Shown: positions 1-10,226, counted from the first letter of the stretch. The stretch: DNA of 64,000 nt from Rickettsia typhi (GCA_945901265.1 CAMDJZ010000001.1:20458-84457), one strand, 5' to 3'. Notes: generated by a model not told the origin, from the letters alone. Numbers and translations: made by a program.

Positions 1-546
1 AAATCTTACGGCGAGGATTTTATTCATCCTACCACCAAATTGAATCTTAAGCGAAGCGAATATGAATCAGCTTTCGTAACTAAAGCGCTTGCGCGTCAAA
101 CTTTACCAATACTGGGCGTTTGTAATGGCATGCAACTTCTAAGTGTTCTTCATGGTGGAAAATTAATTCAGCACATTCCTGATGAAAAAAATAAGAATTA
201 TTTAGATCACGAGCAATCTCATATAAGTGGCTTTCAAGAATATAATAAAGCTTATCACAAGGTTATAGTTAAAAAAGAATCACGACTAAAAACAATAATT
301 GGCGAGGATGAAATTAAGACTAATTCTTCACACCATCAAGCTGTAGCGTCAGTTGGTCCTGAATTAAATATCGTTGCCCATGCAGATGATGGAATAATAG
401 AAGCAGTTGAAAAACCACTTCATCCATTTTGCATTGGCATTCAATGGCATCCGGAGCTCAATTCATCTCCAACTGATGTCAAAATTTTCAATGCTTTTAT
501 TGCAAAATCCAAAGAATTTTTACAAACCAAAACTTTATTAAAATGA
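1..546 (+). CDS. Class I glutamine amidotransferase / gamma-glutamyl-GABA hydrolase-like protein (peptidase C26), 5' end outside window
   Basis: Frame is open from base 1 (KSYGEDFIHPTT...), so the listed TTG at 40 is internal. Motifs GVCNGMQLL (nucleophile Cys), NSSHHQAV and GIQWHPE are typical of PuuD/C26 amidotransferases. Confidence 0.8.
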   Translation, partial: KSYGEDFIHPTTKLNLKRSEYESAFVTKALARQTLPILGVCNGMQLLSVLHGGKLIQHIPDEKNKNYLDHEQSHISGFQEYNKAYHKVIVKKESRLKTIIGEDEIKTNSSHHQAVASVGPELNIVAHADDGIIEAVEKPLHPFCIGIQWHPELNSSPTDVKIFNAFIAKSKEFLQTKTLLK

Positions 547-1280
547 AAGATCAACAATTAGTCGAAGGAATAAGGGTAGCTAAAGTTATAGCTCAATCTG
601 GCCTATGCTCCAGAAGAGAGGCCGAACAGTTTATTCTTGACGGTCGCGTCTGTGTTAATGGAAAGGTCATTGACACTCCAGCAGTTTTTATAACTGATCA
701 CTCCATCAAGGTAGATGGTAAATTAATCAATGCCAAACAAGATACACGCTTGTGGCTTTTTTATAAACCAGTTGGCACAATTACTGCCACTAAGGATCCA
801 AAAAATCGTAAAACAATTTTTAATCTTTTGCCTAAAAATTTTCCACGCGTAATTAGCGTTGGAAGGTTAGATTTCAACACTGAAGGTTTATTGATTTTAA
901 CAACTAATGGCGCACTTGCTAGTCATCTTGAAATGCCAAAAAATAAATGGGTTCGAAAATATCGCGCTCGTGTTTTTGGTAAAATCGACCATGAAAGACT
1001 TGAATCCCTTGCCAAAGGCATTACCATTGAAGGAATTCATTACGGTTCTGTAAGGGTTACTGTCGATGTTGAAAAGGAATCTAATTCTTGGCTATCAATT
1101 GCTTTGGAAGAAGGAAAAAATCGTGAAATTAGAAACATCATGGAGCATCTTGGCTTGCAAGTTAATCGCTTAATTAGAACTTCCTTTGGACCTTTTCTTC
1201 TTGGAAATATGCAGATTGGAGAACTTCGTGAAATCAATAAAAAACAGCTGGAAAGTTTTATTCCAAACGAAATTTTGTAA
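543..1280 (+). CDS. Pseudouridine synthase, RsuA/RluB family, with S4 RNA-binding domain
   Basis: S4-like N-terminus (GLCSRREAEQFILDGRVCVNG) and catalytic motif GRLDFNTEGLLILTTNG. ATGA start/stop overlap with the upstream gene. Confidence 0.85.
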   Translation: MKDQQLVEGIRVAKVIAQSGLCSRREAEQFILDGRVCVNGKVIDTPAVFITDHSIKVDGKLINAKQDTRLWLFYKPVGTITATKDPKNRKTIFNLLPKNFPRVISVGRLDFNTEGLLILTTNGALASHLEMPKNKWVRKYRARVFGKIDHERLESLAKGITIEGIHYGSVRVTVDVEKESNSWLSIALEEGKNREIRNIMEHLGLQVNRLIRTSFGPFLLGNMQIGELREINKKQLESFIPNEIL

Positions 1281-1302
1281 ATTTAAAACCGAGCTAATTA
1301 AA

Positions 1303-1980
1303 TTAGCGAATATTTAAAATTTTATGTATTTGCATTGAGATTAAATATCCATTTTCATCACAAATCTGCAAAGCTTTGTTAAGATTAGCTTGATTTTTAA
1401 TTGAGTCATACTCATCAATGGCTTGAACATAAATTGGAATGTTATAATTGCTTTGCCCTAAATCTGGAACGCTAGAATAATTGGGATTTGATGCGGAGAT
1501 CAAAAATTTCAAAGCATTGATTCTCGCCAATAATTCAGGATGAAGACCGTAATATTTCCCTTGAGAATTTTTGGGTGAACAAACTATTTTTACAGCTTTT
1601 GGTAATTTCCGCATCAATGTTCCATTTGTTTCTATTTGTATTTGAAAATTTAATTTTAGCAATTTATTGCAAAGCTTGGAGATTGGCTGAAGCATTGGCT
1701 CCCCTCCGGTTATAACAACTAATTTGCGAACAATTTTTTGCTGAGAATTTTTGGATAATTTGATTACGCTATCAATAATATCCGGCAGATTAATTGTTTG
1801 GGCTGAATCAAATTCGGTATCACAAAAACTGCATTGAAGATTACAACCCCCAAGCCTGATAAAGATTGCTGGTCTTCCTACAAAAGGTCCTTCACCTTGA
1901 ATTGTTGCAAAAATTTCTTGCACCTCTAGAAAATTTCCTAGATGATTTTTAAGGTGCGAAATTTTATTTTTACCAAACAT
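1303..1980 (-). CDS. queE: 7-carboxy-7-deazaguanine synthase (radical SAM, queuosine pathway)
   Basis: IQGEGPFVGRPAIFIRLGGCNLQCSFCDT radical-SAM cluster motif and overall QueE-like layout, 225 aa. Confidence 0.85.
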   Translation of the reverse strand: MFGKNKISHLKNHLGNFLEVQEIFATIQGEGPFVGRPAIFIRLGGCNLQCSFCDTEFDSAQTINLPDIIDSVIKLSKNSQQKIVRKLVVITGGEPMLQPISKLCNKLLKLNFQIQIETNGTLMRKLPKAVKIVCSPKNSQGKYYGLHPELLARINALKFLISASNPNYSSVPDLGQSNYNIPIYVQAIDEYDSIKNQANLNKALQICDENGYLISMQIHKILNIR

Positions 1981-2090
1981 AAATTTAAAAATTTTTTAAA
2001 TATTTTTTTAACTATGGCATTTTATTCATAATAATCAAGCGTTGAAGCGCTATAAAAAAGTTATATTTAAAATTAAATCAACAAATCATC

Positions 2091-2750
2091 ATGAAGAATT
2101 TTTTTTCGCATAAAATTTTTATAGCCATTATATTCCTATTTATTGGCTTTGGAAGTCAAAAAATTTTAGATTATTTTAAAAATCACTTCACTTCATGGCA
2201 ATATTCAAAAAAAACTTTTACTTCTTGGTTTAGTAATGCCAAGGGAAATACTGAGAATCAAAAACAAGAGATTTTTATATTTAATGGCGAGAAATTTGTC
2301 GCTGAAGTTAAAAATAATTTAAATTCAGCATTAAATAAAACTAGTAAATCACTAGAAAATACTCAAAAAGAAATTTCTAAGAAATTTGATAAGATCAATA
2401 AAGCTAATACTCCAAAGCAAGAAAAGGACAAAATAGCTGATCAAGTAATTAAAAAAACCGAGGTTAGAAAATATGAAGATGATAAAGCTTTTTCTTTTGA
2501 TTTAATTCTCACGGGTTTTCGTCATGAAGATGTAATTATTTCAATCAATCAGGAAACTTTAAATTTTTCTTCCATTATCAACCCTAAGGCAAAGATGATT
2601 ATTAACGATAAACAATATGGCAATAGCGATGATTCACAAGCTTTTTATCATTCATTTAACCTACCAAAATATAATCACAATATTGATCCTGAGATTAGCT
2701 ATAAAAATAATATTATTAGCGTAAAATTCTTTAAAATTATTAAAAAATAG
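2091..2750 (+). CDS. Hypothetical membrane-anchored protein with C-terminal alpha-crystallin/Hsp20-like region
   Basis: N-terminal hydrophobic helix (IFIAIIFLFIGFG). C-terminal pattern FSFDLILTGFRHEDVIISINQETLNFS ... FYHSFNLPKYNHNIDPEISYKNNIISVKFFK resembles the ACD fold signature. Confidence 0.5.
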   Translation: MKNFFSHKIFIAIIFLFIGFGSQKILDYFKNHFTSWQYSKKTFTSWFSNAKGNTENQKQEIFIFNGEKFVAEVKNNLNSALNKTSKSLENTQKEISKKFDKINKANTPKQEKDKIADQVIKKTEVRKYEDDKAFSFDLILTGFRHEDVIISINQETLNFSSIINPKAKMIINDKQYGNSDDSQAFYHSFNLPKYNHNIDPEISYKNNIISVKFFKIIKK

Positions 2751-2827
2751 TAATAAATATTTTTTATAATAATTTAATCAATTACATTAGACGGTCATCG
2801 CTTAGGGATTATAGTTAAAATTTTAAT

Positions 2828-3514
2828 TTAATTTTTTCTTTTAGTAATTTTTGGCTCAATTAAATAAATTGGCAAAATTTCTTTTGCACCGCCAAATTGT
2901 TGATATTTTTCTTGCCCGATTAAAGCAAGATGAAGGGGGTCATTATTGACTAAAAATATTTTTTCTGAAAAATTATTTATAAATTTTTGATATAGATTTT
3001 CTTGATCAAATAAAAGTAGATTTGGTGTTTTTTGTATTTCATTAATTATCTCATCAACATTAGACAATCTTGGATCTGTCAGGGTTTTTAATTTACCATC
3101 TTTTAAGTCATATTTGGCAATAAAAATTTCTTCACCACCTGCACCAACAATAGTTGTTAATTGCATTTCATTTTCAATAACTTTAAACATTTTTAAATTA
3201 CTTTTAAAGAAAAATGCTATTGATTCACATTTATTAACAGTAATAACTGGCTTTTCTAAAGAAATGTTAATTATTTTAGCAACCGTTAATGCAACGCGCA
3301 ATGCCGTGAAACTACTTGGTCCGTTACTTACCACAACTAAATGCAAATCGTCAAAATGTAAATTATTTTTTTGTAAAATATCATTTATTTTTACCACCAA
3401 TAATTCACTATGACTAAAACCATCTTCGATCACTTCTTGGGATAATAATTTACCTTCTTGAATAATCGCTACCGCTAATTGCGAATTGGAACATTCAAAT
3501 GCAAGTGTCAACAT
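2828..3514 (-). CDS. tsaB: tRNA threonylcarbamoyladenosine biosynthesis protein TsaB (YeaZ family)
   Basis: N-terminus MLTLAFECSNSQLAVAI and GPSSFTALRVALTVAK motif typical of YeaZ/TsaB, 228 aa. Confidence 0.75.
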   Translation of the reverse strand: MLTLAFECSNSQLAVAIIQEGKLLSQEVIEDGFSHSELLVVKINDILQKNNLHFDDLHLVVVSNGPSSFTALRVALTVAKIINISLEKPVITVNKCESIAFFFKSNLKMFKVIENEMQLTTIVGAGGEEIFIAKYDLKDGKLKTLTDPRLSNVDEIINEIQKTPNLLLFDQENLYQKFINNFSEKIFLVNNDPLHLALIGQEKYQQFGGAKEILPIYLIEPKITKRKN

Positions 3515-3520
3515 TGCCAG

Positions 3521-3979
3521 TTAATTCAATGATGATTTATGAATAACGCCGTCTAAAGAAAAGGGCGGTATCGCCACCTCAAAAAACTCAAGATTTTCAA
3601 GGTTTTGCATTTTATAATTTCCCGACATAATTCCTGATGGACAAGTTAGATGAACTCCACTTGAATATTGAAAACTATTTTGTGAATTAATTGTTGGTTG
3701 TTCACCAACAACACCCTCGCCTTTAACCTCTTGTAATTCGCCATTTTCATCAATGATTCGCCAATAGCGTGATATTAATTTTACAGCAAAGATATTCCTG
3801 TTTTCGATACGAACTTGATATGACCAAATAAAAATTTCACCAACACCGGTTACTTTGCTATCAATGAATTCAGGCCAAACACTAATCTCGATTTCCTTGC
3901 TTATTTTTTGATATGGCTTTTGTTCAAACATTAAATTTTTTTCTTCCTCAATTACTTCGATTTTAAAAAATTGCGACAT
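3521..3979 (-). CDS. apaG: ApaG (DUF525) protein
   Basis: WSYQVRIENRN, LISRYWRIIDENG, GEGVVGEQP and SGIMSGNY motifs characteristic of ApaG. Confidence 0.85.
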   Translation of the reverse strand: MSQFFKIEVIEEEKNLMFEQKPYQKISKEIEISVWPEFIDSKVTGVGEIFIWSYQVRIENRNIFAVKLISRYWRIIDENGELQEVKGEGVVGEQPTINSQNSFQYSSGVHLTCPSGIMSGNYKMQNLENLEFFEVAIPPFSLDGVIHKSSLN

Positions 3980-4019
3980 AATATATTTTATAATTTTAAT
4001 TAAAAATCATTTAAATTTG

Positions 4020-5726
4020 CTACATTCTATCAGTTAAGTCAACAACTCTTATCAACTCTTTTAGATCAGTTACTCCGGCAACAACTTTCTGGATCCCGTC
4101 TTCAACCATCGATACAAATCCTTTTGAAAGAGCATATTCCATCATTTTTCTTCTTCCAGCTTCATGCAAAATCAACTCATCAAGTTCACGATCAAAAGGT
4201 AAAATTTCACAAATCACTATCCTGCCTTTATAACCGCTTTGTCCACATTTTTCGCAACCAACTCCTCTAAAAATATTTTTTACATGCGCATATTTTTCAC
4301 CAAGAAGCTTTCTGTCAGAATCTTCGACGGGAAATTCTTTTTTACAATTTGAACAAATTTTTCGCGCTAAACGTTGAGCAATTACTCCAATTAAAGCTCC
4401 CGACATTAAATAATTTGGCACGCCAATATTCATCAGTCGTGGAATTGCTCCAAGGGCATCATTGGTATGCAGAGAGCTATATACTTGGTGACCAGTCATC
4501 GCAGCTTGAATTGCAGTAATTGCAGTTTCCTTATCACGAATCTCACCCACTAGAATTACATCGGGATCTTGACGCAATAAGGCTTTAATACCTGAAGCAA
4601 AATCCATACCAACATCATGACGAATATTTGATTGACGAATGAGTGGCAAGTGATACTCCACCGGATCCTCAAGGGTCATGATGTTTTTATCAATCGAGTT
4701 TATGTAATTAAGAACGGTGTAAAGAGTTGTCGTTTTACCTGAACCAGTTGGACCTGTAAGAATAATTACACCCTCGGGACGTTGGACAATTTTCTTTAAA
4801 ATTTTAATATTAGCTTCTGAAAAACCAATTTTATCGATGGCGAGAATTGATTGCTTTTCGTCAAGAATACGCATAACGATATTTTCACCGTTGATCGTTG
4901 GTTGCGTAGAAACACGAAAGTCAATTTTACGGCCAATAATTTCAGAATGAATTCTCCCATCTTGAGGTCTTCTACTTTCGGCAATATTCATTCCTGACAT
5001 AATTTTCATCCGCACTGCAATCGCTGACCAATAGTCTTTATGAATACTTCGAATCTGGGTCATTTTACCATCAATACGATAACGAATTCTTAAAAATGAA
5101 CCTTCGGGTTCAAAGTGCAAATCCGATGCTCCACGATGAACTGCGTCGGTTAAAATAGCATCAACTAAACGCACCATTGGACTTTTATAATCGGCCTTCA
5201 ACTCCTCTTCTTCACTAGAGCTTTTCTTTGCCCCCTTCGACTCAATTTCTTTTAGAATTCCCTCAATTGACATCTCGTAATCATAATACTGGTCGATCGC
5301 TTTCATGATATCAGTTTCAGGAATATAGACAGGGATTATTTTAAATTCGAAAGGAAAAAATCTACGCACTTGATCAATTGCCACAATGTCAAAAACATCA
5401 GCCATGCCAATTGTAACCGATGATGCATTGTAAGAAACAGCGATTAACTTACCGCGCATCGCAAATTCCTTGGGTAATTTTTTAACTAATTTGGCATCGA
5501 TAATTGAACTAGATAAGTCAAATTTTTTTATTCCCGTAGATTCATTTAAAATTTCACCTAGCGCACCTTCGGAAACAAAGCCCATCTCAACTAAAATCGC
5601 CCCTATGCTCTTACCACTTTTATCACGCCCAAGTTCTTTTTTAGCAATCTCTAATTGGTCATCAGAAATAACTTTTTTTTCAAGAAGCTTTATGCCTATA
5701 TCAATAGAGGAAGTGGCTTTAGTCAT
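4020..5726 (-). CDS. GspE/PilB-family secretion/type IV pilus assembly ATPase
   Basis: Walker A GPTGSGKTTT, Asp/His boxes (LRQDPDVILVGEIRD, TGHQVYSSLHTND), tetracysteine motif CSNC...CEKC, N-terminal GSPII_E_N/MshEN-like repeats. Confidence 0.9.
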   Translation of the reverse strand: MTKATSSIDIGIKLLEKKVISDDQLEIAKKELGRDKSGKSIGAILVEMGFVSEGALGEILNESTGIKKFDLSSSIIDAKLVKKLPKEFAMRGKLIAVSYNASSVTIGMADVFDIVAIDQVRRFFPFEFKIIPVYIPETDIMKAIDQYYDYEMSIEGILKEIESKGAKKSSSEEEELKADYKSPMVRLVDAILTDAVHRGASDLHFEPEGSFLRIRYRIDGKMTQIRSIHKDYWSAIAVRMKIMSGMNIAESRRPQDGRIHSEIIGRKIDFRVSTQPTINGENIVMRILDEKQSILAIDKIGFSEANIKILKKIVQRPEGVIILTGPTGSGKTTTLYTVLNYINSIDKNIMTLEDPVEYHLPLIRQSNIRHDVGMDFASGIKALLRQDPDVILVGEIRDKETAITAIQAAMTGHQVYSSLHTNDALGAIPRLMNIGVPNYLMSGALIGVIAQRLARKICSNCKKEFPVEDSDRKLLGEKYAHVKNIFRGVGCEKCGQSGYKGRIVICEILPFDRELDELILHEAGRRKMMEYALSKGFVSMVEDGIQKVVAGVTDLKELIRVVDLTDRM

Positions 5727-5965
5727 TTATTAATAATCTATAGGAATTTCTTTTATTTTATCAATAACATTAATGGCTATTGAAAAGTAAGTATTTTCAA
5801 ATTATTAAATTTTAAAAATAATTTGTTCAAGGTGATTTTTAAATCTTTTCTTAAATGAAACGTAATTTACTAAATCAAATTAAAAATTTTTATTAAAAAT
5901 TTTCTTTTCAATCAAAAAAACTCGCTGTAATCTTGGTGAAATATTATAAATAAATTTTAAAAAAA

Positions 5966-7351
5966 ATGTCAGTTATAGTTCGTTTTGCTCCATCACCAAC
6001 TGGTTATTTGCATATTGGTGGAGCTCGTACCGCTTTATTTAATTATCTTTTTGCCAAACATCATCACGGAAAATTTTTATTGCGCATTGAGGATACCGAT
6101 GCGCAAAGATCAACAAATTCAGCTATTTCAGCTATTACTCAAGGTCTTGACTGGCTAGGTTTAAAGCATGATGATGAAATTGTTATGCAATCTCAAAACA
6201 TCACAAGACATGTTGAAGTTGCACATCAATTATTAGAAAAAAACCAAGCATATTACTGCTACACTAGCTCCCAAGAGCTTGATGAAATGCGTCAGGATGC
6301 CGAAAAAAAAGGTCAAGTTTTTCGCTTCCAAAGTCCTTGGCGAAATCAATTTAAATCACAAAGCTCAACTACAAAACCAGTTATTCGCCTCAAATCTCCT
6401 TTGGATGGAGAAACGCAAATTGATGATTTGGTGCAAGGCAAAATAAATGTTAAAAATTGTGAGATTGATGATTTAGTTTTACTTCGCAGTGATAATACCC
6501 CGACTTACATGCTTGCAGTTGTAGTTGATGATTATGATATGAAAATTTCACATATTATTCGCGGAGATGATCATTTAACAAATGCCTTTCGTCAAAAAAT
6601 TATTTACCAAGCTTTGGATTGGGATGTTCCTAGATTCGCCCATATTCCATTAATTCACGGTAGCGATGGCGCAAAACTTTCGAAGCGTCATGGCGCAACT
6701 TCGGTAATTGAATATAAACAACTCGGATACCTAGCCCAAGCAATGCGCAATTATTTACTTCGTCTTGGTTGGTCACATGGTGATGAAGAAATAATTAGCG
6801 ATGAGCAAGCTATTGAATGGTTTAATCTTGATAGAGTTGGTAAATCACCTTCACGCTTTGATTTTGTTAAACTTAATCACCTCAATCATCACTATCTTAA
6901 ACAGAAATCAAATAATGAATTATTCAATTATGTAAATGATTTTTTAGAAAAAAAACCCAATGAAGAAGAAGAAAATCGCTTAATTTTTGCCCTTAATTTT
7001 CTAAAGGAAAAATCTAACTTAATATCTCAAATAGCCGATAATTGCAAAATTTATTTTAATGATTTTAACCAAGAATTTAGCATAGAAAATAAAAAAATTT
7101 TACAGGAAAAGGAATCTTTACTGAAAAATCTTTTATCAGTTTTTAATAAAATCGATAAGTGGAATTCTGAAAATATTAAAATAAATATCGATGAATTTAC
7201 CAAGGAAAATTCATTAAAAATTAAAGATTTTGCGCCAATTCTTCGTCTCGCTTTAACCTACTCTTCACAATCTTCTGGTGGTATTTTTGAGATTATAGAA
7301 ATTTTAGGAAAAAATGAAATTATTAATCGCCTTCACAACGCCTTAAAATAA
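5966..7351 (+). CDS. gltX: Glutamate--tRNA ligase
   Basis: RFAPSPTGYLHIGGARTALFN (HIGH) and KLSKRH (KMSKS) class I signature motifs, 461 aa. Confidence 0.95.
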   Translation: MSVIVRFAPSPTGYLHIGGARTALFNYLFAKHHHGKFLLRIEDTDAQRSTNSAISAITQGLDWLGLKHDDEIVMQSQNITRHVEVAHQLLEKNQAYYCYTSSQELDEMRQDAEKKGQVFRFQSPWRNQFKSQSSTTKPVIRLKSPLDGETQIDDLVQGKINVKNCEIDDLVLLRSDNTPTYMLAVVVDDYDMKISHIIRGDDHLTNAFRQKIIYQALDWDVPRFAHIPLIHGSDGAKLSKRHGATSVIEYKQLGYLAQAMRNYLLRLGWSHGDEEIISDEQAIEWFNLDRVGKSPSRFDFVKLNHLNHHYLKQKSNNELFNYVNDFLEKKPNEEEENRLIFALNFLKEKSNLISQIADNCKIYFNDFNQEFSIENKKILQEKESLLKNLLSVFNKIDKWNSENIKINIDEFTKENSLKIKDFAPILRLALTYSSQSSGGIFEIIEILGKNEIINRLHNALK

Positions 7352-7402
7352 AATCATCTCTTCAAAATCAATACTTGCATTGCAAATTTTGCAATTTAAT
7401 TT

Positions 7403-8110
7403 GTGTTTTTTAATTTAATTCCTTCACTTTTTTTTAAAATGATTTTAAATACCTTTTTACCAAATTCTAAAATTAACATTTTATTAATTTTTTTACTTAG
7501 TTTTTTTGTTATCAATTCAGCAAGTTATGCTAATGAAGATGCTAAAAAAATATTTAGTAATAATAATTTTTATATAAAACCCGCTCTCTCAATTGAGTAT
7601 AACGCCCCTAGAATATCAGGAGCTGGTAATAATAAAAACTTCTCAACTACCGAACATATTTTTAAACAAATTTACAATCTTGAAAATATTGCCATTGGTG
7701 CGCATATTCGTTTTCATGATAACTTTGGTTTGAACGTCAATTGGGTTCAAACAGATCTTGATTCTATAGCTCTAAAAAATGCCCAACCTCTTGCTAGAAA
7801 AGCTCTTTATAAAATTGATCACTATAATTTTTCATTGCTAACTTTCATGCCAGTAATTAAAAATTTTTTTGAATTATTTGGCGAATTTGGTTTATCAGAT
7901 ATGCGCGGGAATCTTAGCTATATGGATATTAACGGAAAATCAATTATAAGAGGTTCTCACCAAACTCGTTTTTTTTATTCAGCAGGATTGCAAATTAGTT
8001 TAAACGATATTAACACATTTAGATTTTCAGCACAACGCTATGTTGGAAAAGTTGGATTAATTGACTCCGACTACACCACCGTTAGAATTGGTTTTTTAAG
8101 ATTTTTTTAA
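7403..8110 (+). CDS. Putative outer-membrane beta-barrel protein (porin/surface-antigen-like)
   Basis: Signal-peptide-like N-terminus ending SASYA|NED, alternating amphipathic beta-strand pattern, aromatic C-terminus (GFLRFF). The true start may be the ATG at 7439. Confidence 0.55.
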   Translation: MFFNLIPSLFFKMILNTFLPNSKINILLIFLLSFFVINSASYANEDAKKIFSNNNFYIKPALSIEYNAPRISGAGNNKNFSTTEHIFKQIYNLENIAIGAHIRFHDNFGLNVNWVQTDLDSIALKNAQPLARKALYKIDHYNFSLLTFMPVIKNFFELFGEFGLSDMRGNLSYMDINGKSIIRGSHQTRFFYSAGLQISLNDINTFRFSAQRYVGKVGLIDSDYTTVRIGFLRFF

Positions 8111-8161
8111 ATCTAACTATTTTTTTTGGAAAGCCTTCCATAATTTTTACGAAATTATAAT

Positions 8162-9319
8162 ATGCCTAAAGATTATTTATTCACTTCTGAATCGGTTTCA
8201 GAAGGTCATCCTGACAAGGTTTGCGATCAAATTTCAGATAGCTTGGTTGATGCTTATTTATCAAAAGATCCCTATTCACGATTAGCAATCGAAACTTTTG
8301 CCACGACTAATCGCGTTATTATTGGTGGAGAAATTAGAGCTCCCGAAATTAGCAAAAATAATGTTGAAGAAATTATTCGTCAAACGATAAAAGATATCGG
8401 CTATGAACAGCAAGGTTTTCATTGGCAAAATCTTGAGATAACCAATCTTATTCACGAACAATCCGCAGATATTGCTATGGGCGTTGACTCTTCAGGCTCT
8501 AAGGATGAAGGTGCTGGCGATCAAGGCATAATGTTTGGCTATGCCTGTAATGAAACTTTAGAATTAATGCCTGCTCCAATCTTTTATGCTCATCGTATTT
8601 TACATAACATTATGAATGCAATACGCCTTGGTAAATTAAAGGACCTTGGCCCTGATGCAAAAAGTCAAGTAACCTTGTGGTATGAAAATGGTGTACCTGT
8701 TCGCGCCGAAACAATTCTTGTTTCGATTCAGCATCGCGAAGGAATTACACAAAAACAAGTTCGTGAATTAATTCGTCCTTATGTTGAGTCTTCTATGCCA
8801 AGTGGCTGGATGTGTAAGGAAGAAAAATTTTTAGTTAATCCAACTGGTAAATTTGTAATTGGCGGTCCTGATGGCGATGCTGGTTTAACTGGCAGAAAAA
8901 TTATTGTTGATACTTACGGTGGAGCTTCCCCTCATGGTGGCGGAGCTTTTTCTGGAAAAGATCCAACCAAAGTTGATCGATCAGCTGCTTATATGGCTCG
9001 CTATCTCGCTAAGAATGTTGTATCAGCTGGACTAGCAACTCGTTGCACAATTCAAATTTCTTACGCAATTGGCGTTGCCAAGCCATTGTCGCTATATGTT
9101 AATAATCATCATACGGGTATCGAAGGCAATAAAATAGCTAAGATAATTAATGAAATTGTTGATTTAACTCCTCGCGGAATCAGGACTCACCTTGGCTTAA
9201 ACAAACCAATTTATAAACGAACTGCAACTTATGGTCATTTCGGTCGAACCCCTGAAGCCGATGGCGGATTTTCTTGGGAAAAAACCGACTTAGCCGATAA
9301 ATTAAAAAACTTAGCTTAA
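8162..9319 (+). CDS. metK: S-adenosylmethionine synthetase
   Basis: [32 protein letters not shown] and [19 protein letters not shown] signature motifs. Confidence 0.97.
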   Translation: MPKDYLFTSESVSEGHPDKVCDQISDSLVDAYLSKDPYSRLAIETFATTNRVIIGGEIRAPEISKNNVEEIIRQTIKDIGYEQQGFHWQNLEITNLIHEQSADIAMGVDSSGSKDEGAGDQGIMFGYACNETLELMPAPIFYAHRILHNIMNAIRLGKLKDLGPDAKSQVTLWYENGVPVRAETILVSIQHREGITQKQVRELIRPYVESSMPSGWMCKEEKFLVNPTGKFVIGGPDGDAGLTGRKIIVDTYGGASPHGGGAFSGKDPTKVDRSAAYMARYLAKNVVSAGLATRCTIQISYAIGVAKPLSLYVNNHHTGIEGNKIAKIINEIVDLTPRGIRTHLGLNKPIYKRTATYGHFGRTPEADGGFSWEKTDLADKLKNLA

Positions 9320-9327
9320 AATAATTA

Positions 9328-9355
9328 CTAGTTAAAACAAATATAATTTAACTAG
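9328..9355 (+). terminator. Weak AT-rich hairpin downstream of metK (possible terminator)
   Basis: 9-bp inverted repeat ctagttaaa (9328-9336) / tttaactag (9347-9355) 9 nt after the metK stop. No following T-run. Confidence 0.25.
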
Positions 9356-9414
9356 CAATAACTAATCTAATCTAAAAAAAGTTGGTTTATATTTTAATCT
9401 AATATTTTTCTTAA

Positions 9415-9831
9415 ATGTTAAACAATATTCTAATTATTGCTTGCGGAAGTGCTCTTGGAGGAGTTTTAAGGTTTCTTAGTTATGAAATAATTAATTCACT
9501 AACAAAAAATCTAATCCAAAATAATCTGATAATTGGTTTTAATAAATTTCCTTTCGCGACTTTTTTGGTTAATGTTATCGGCTCTTTTTTAGCAGGAATC
9601 TTATATTTTTTTATTATCAAAAATTTTAGTGAATTTTCTATAGATCTTAAAAATTTTTTATTGATTGGTTTATTAGGGGGATACACTACTTTCAGTGCAT
9701 TTAGCCTTGATTTATTTCGCCTAATTCAAGCAAATCAAAATTCAATTGCTTTGCTTTATGCAATCTCAAGCGTTTTAATTTCTTTAATCGCTATTTTTTT
9801 TGGTTATTATTTGATGAAATTTTTTTCTTAA
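9415..9831 (+). CDS. crcB: Fluoride ion channel CrcB
   Basis: Four hydrophobic helices, GSALGGVLRF and GLLGGYTTFSAFS motifs typical of CrcB/FEX. Confidence 0.85.
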   Translation: MLNNILIIACGSALGGVLRFLSYEIINSLTKNLIQNNLIIGFNKFPFATFLVNVIGSFLAGILYFFIIKNFSEFSIDLKNFLLIGLLGGYTTFSAFSLDLFRLIQANQNSIALLYAISSVLISLIAIFFGYYLMKFFS

Positions 9832-10213
9832 GTTTTTTGGGAAAGAGATATCTTATGACCATAAAAGCTAAGGTTAAAACATTGATGGTTGTGGTGGTTA
9901 ATAAGGCAATAATTACATTATCGCTAAGGTTTTTATCATAATTGAATTTTAGATATAAAATTTCTTTTACAAAAAGCAAAAAACTAGTTACGATAACCAA
10001 AACCCAAAATGCAAAAGAAATTCTTAAACAAATATCGATTTTTTTAGATTTATTATCCAATGATTTTGATTCTAATTCATGAAGATCGGGATTATATTGA
10101 TTGATATGGCCTGTTGTTTTACCTTTAAAAATCTCTTTTTTTTGCTCTTTTAATTCAATATCACTATACTGTAATGTTTGTTTAGAAAAAATATCCTTTA
10201 TCTCGCTAGTCAT
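9791..10213 (-). CDS. Hypothetical protein with two C-terminal transmembrane helices, a candidate membrane toxin partner of the Panacea gene
   Basis: Starts 13 nt downstream of the DUF4065 gene on the same strand. Hydrophobic segments ICLRISFAFWVLVIVTSFLLFV and VIIALLTTTTINVLTLAFMVI. Lysine-rich tail. Confidence 0.5.
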   Translation of the reverse strand: MTSEIKDIFSKQTLQYSDIELKEQKKEIFKGKTTGHINQYNPDLHELESKSLDNKSKKIDICLRISFAFWVLVIVTSFLLFVKEILYLKFNYDKNLSDNVIIALLTTTTINVLTLAFMVIRYLFPKKLKKKISSNNNQKK

Positions 10214-10226
10214 TTTGGATATTTAA

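Noticed and set aside
3114-3413. Antisense or nested ORFs inside well-supported genes (also 1040-1237, 4796-4984, 5470-5733, 14614-14910, 14827-15054, 16024-16298, 19050-19331, 26832-27107, 30000-30224, 32117-32344, 53657-53938, 54195-54512, 58385-58678 and others)
   Set aside because: Each lies wholly within a gene whose product has strong family motifs in another frame or strand. The translated sequences are low-complexity with no motifs. They are typical shadow ORFs.
8111-8161. Possible SAM-II/SAM-V riboswitch upstream of metK
   Set aside because: The spacer is only 51 nt and contains just a 4-bp ggaa/ttcc hairpin. I cannot recognise the pseudoknot-forming conserved nucleotides.
9320-9414. 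Possible fluoride (crcB-motif) riboswitch upstream of crcB
   Set aside because: The 95-nt spacer is almost pure A/T, with no GAUGG or CCGCC-type conserved elements. Only a weak AT hairpin is present.
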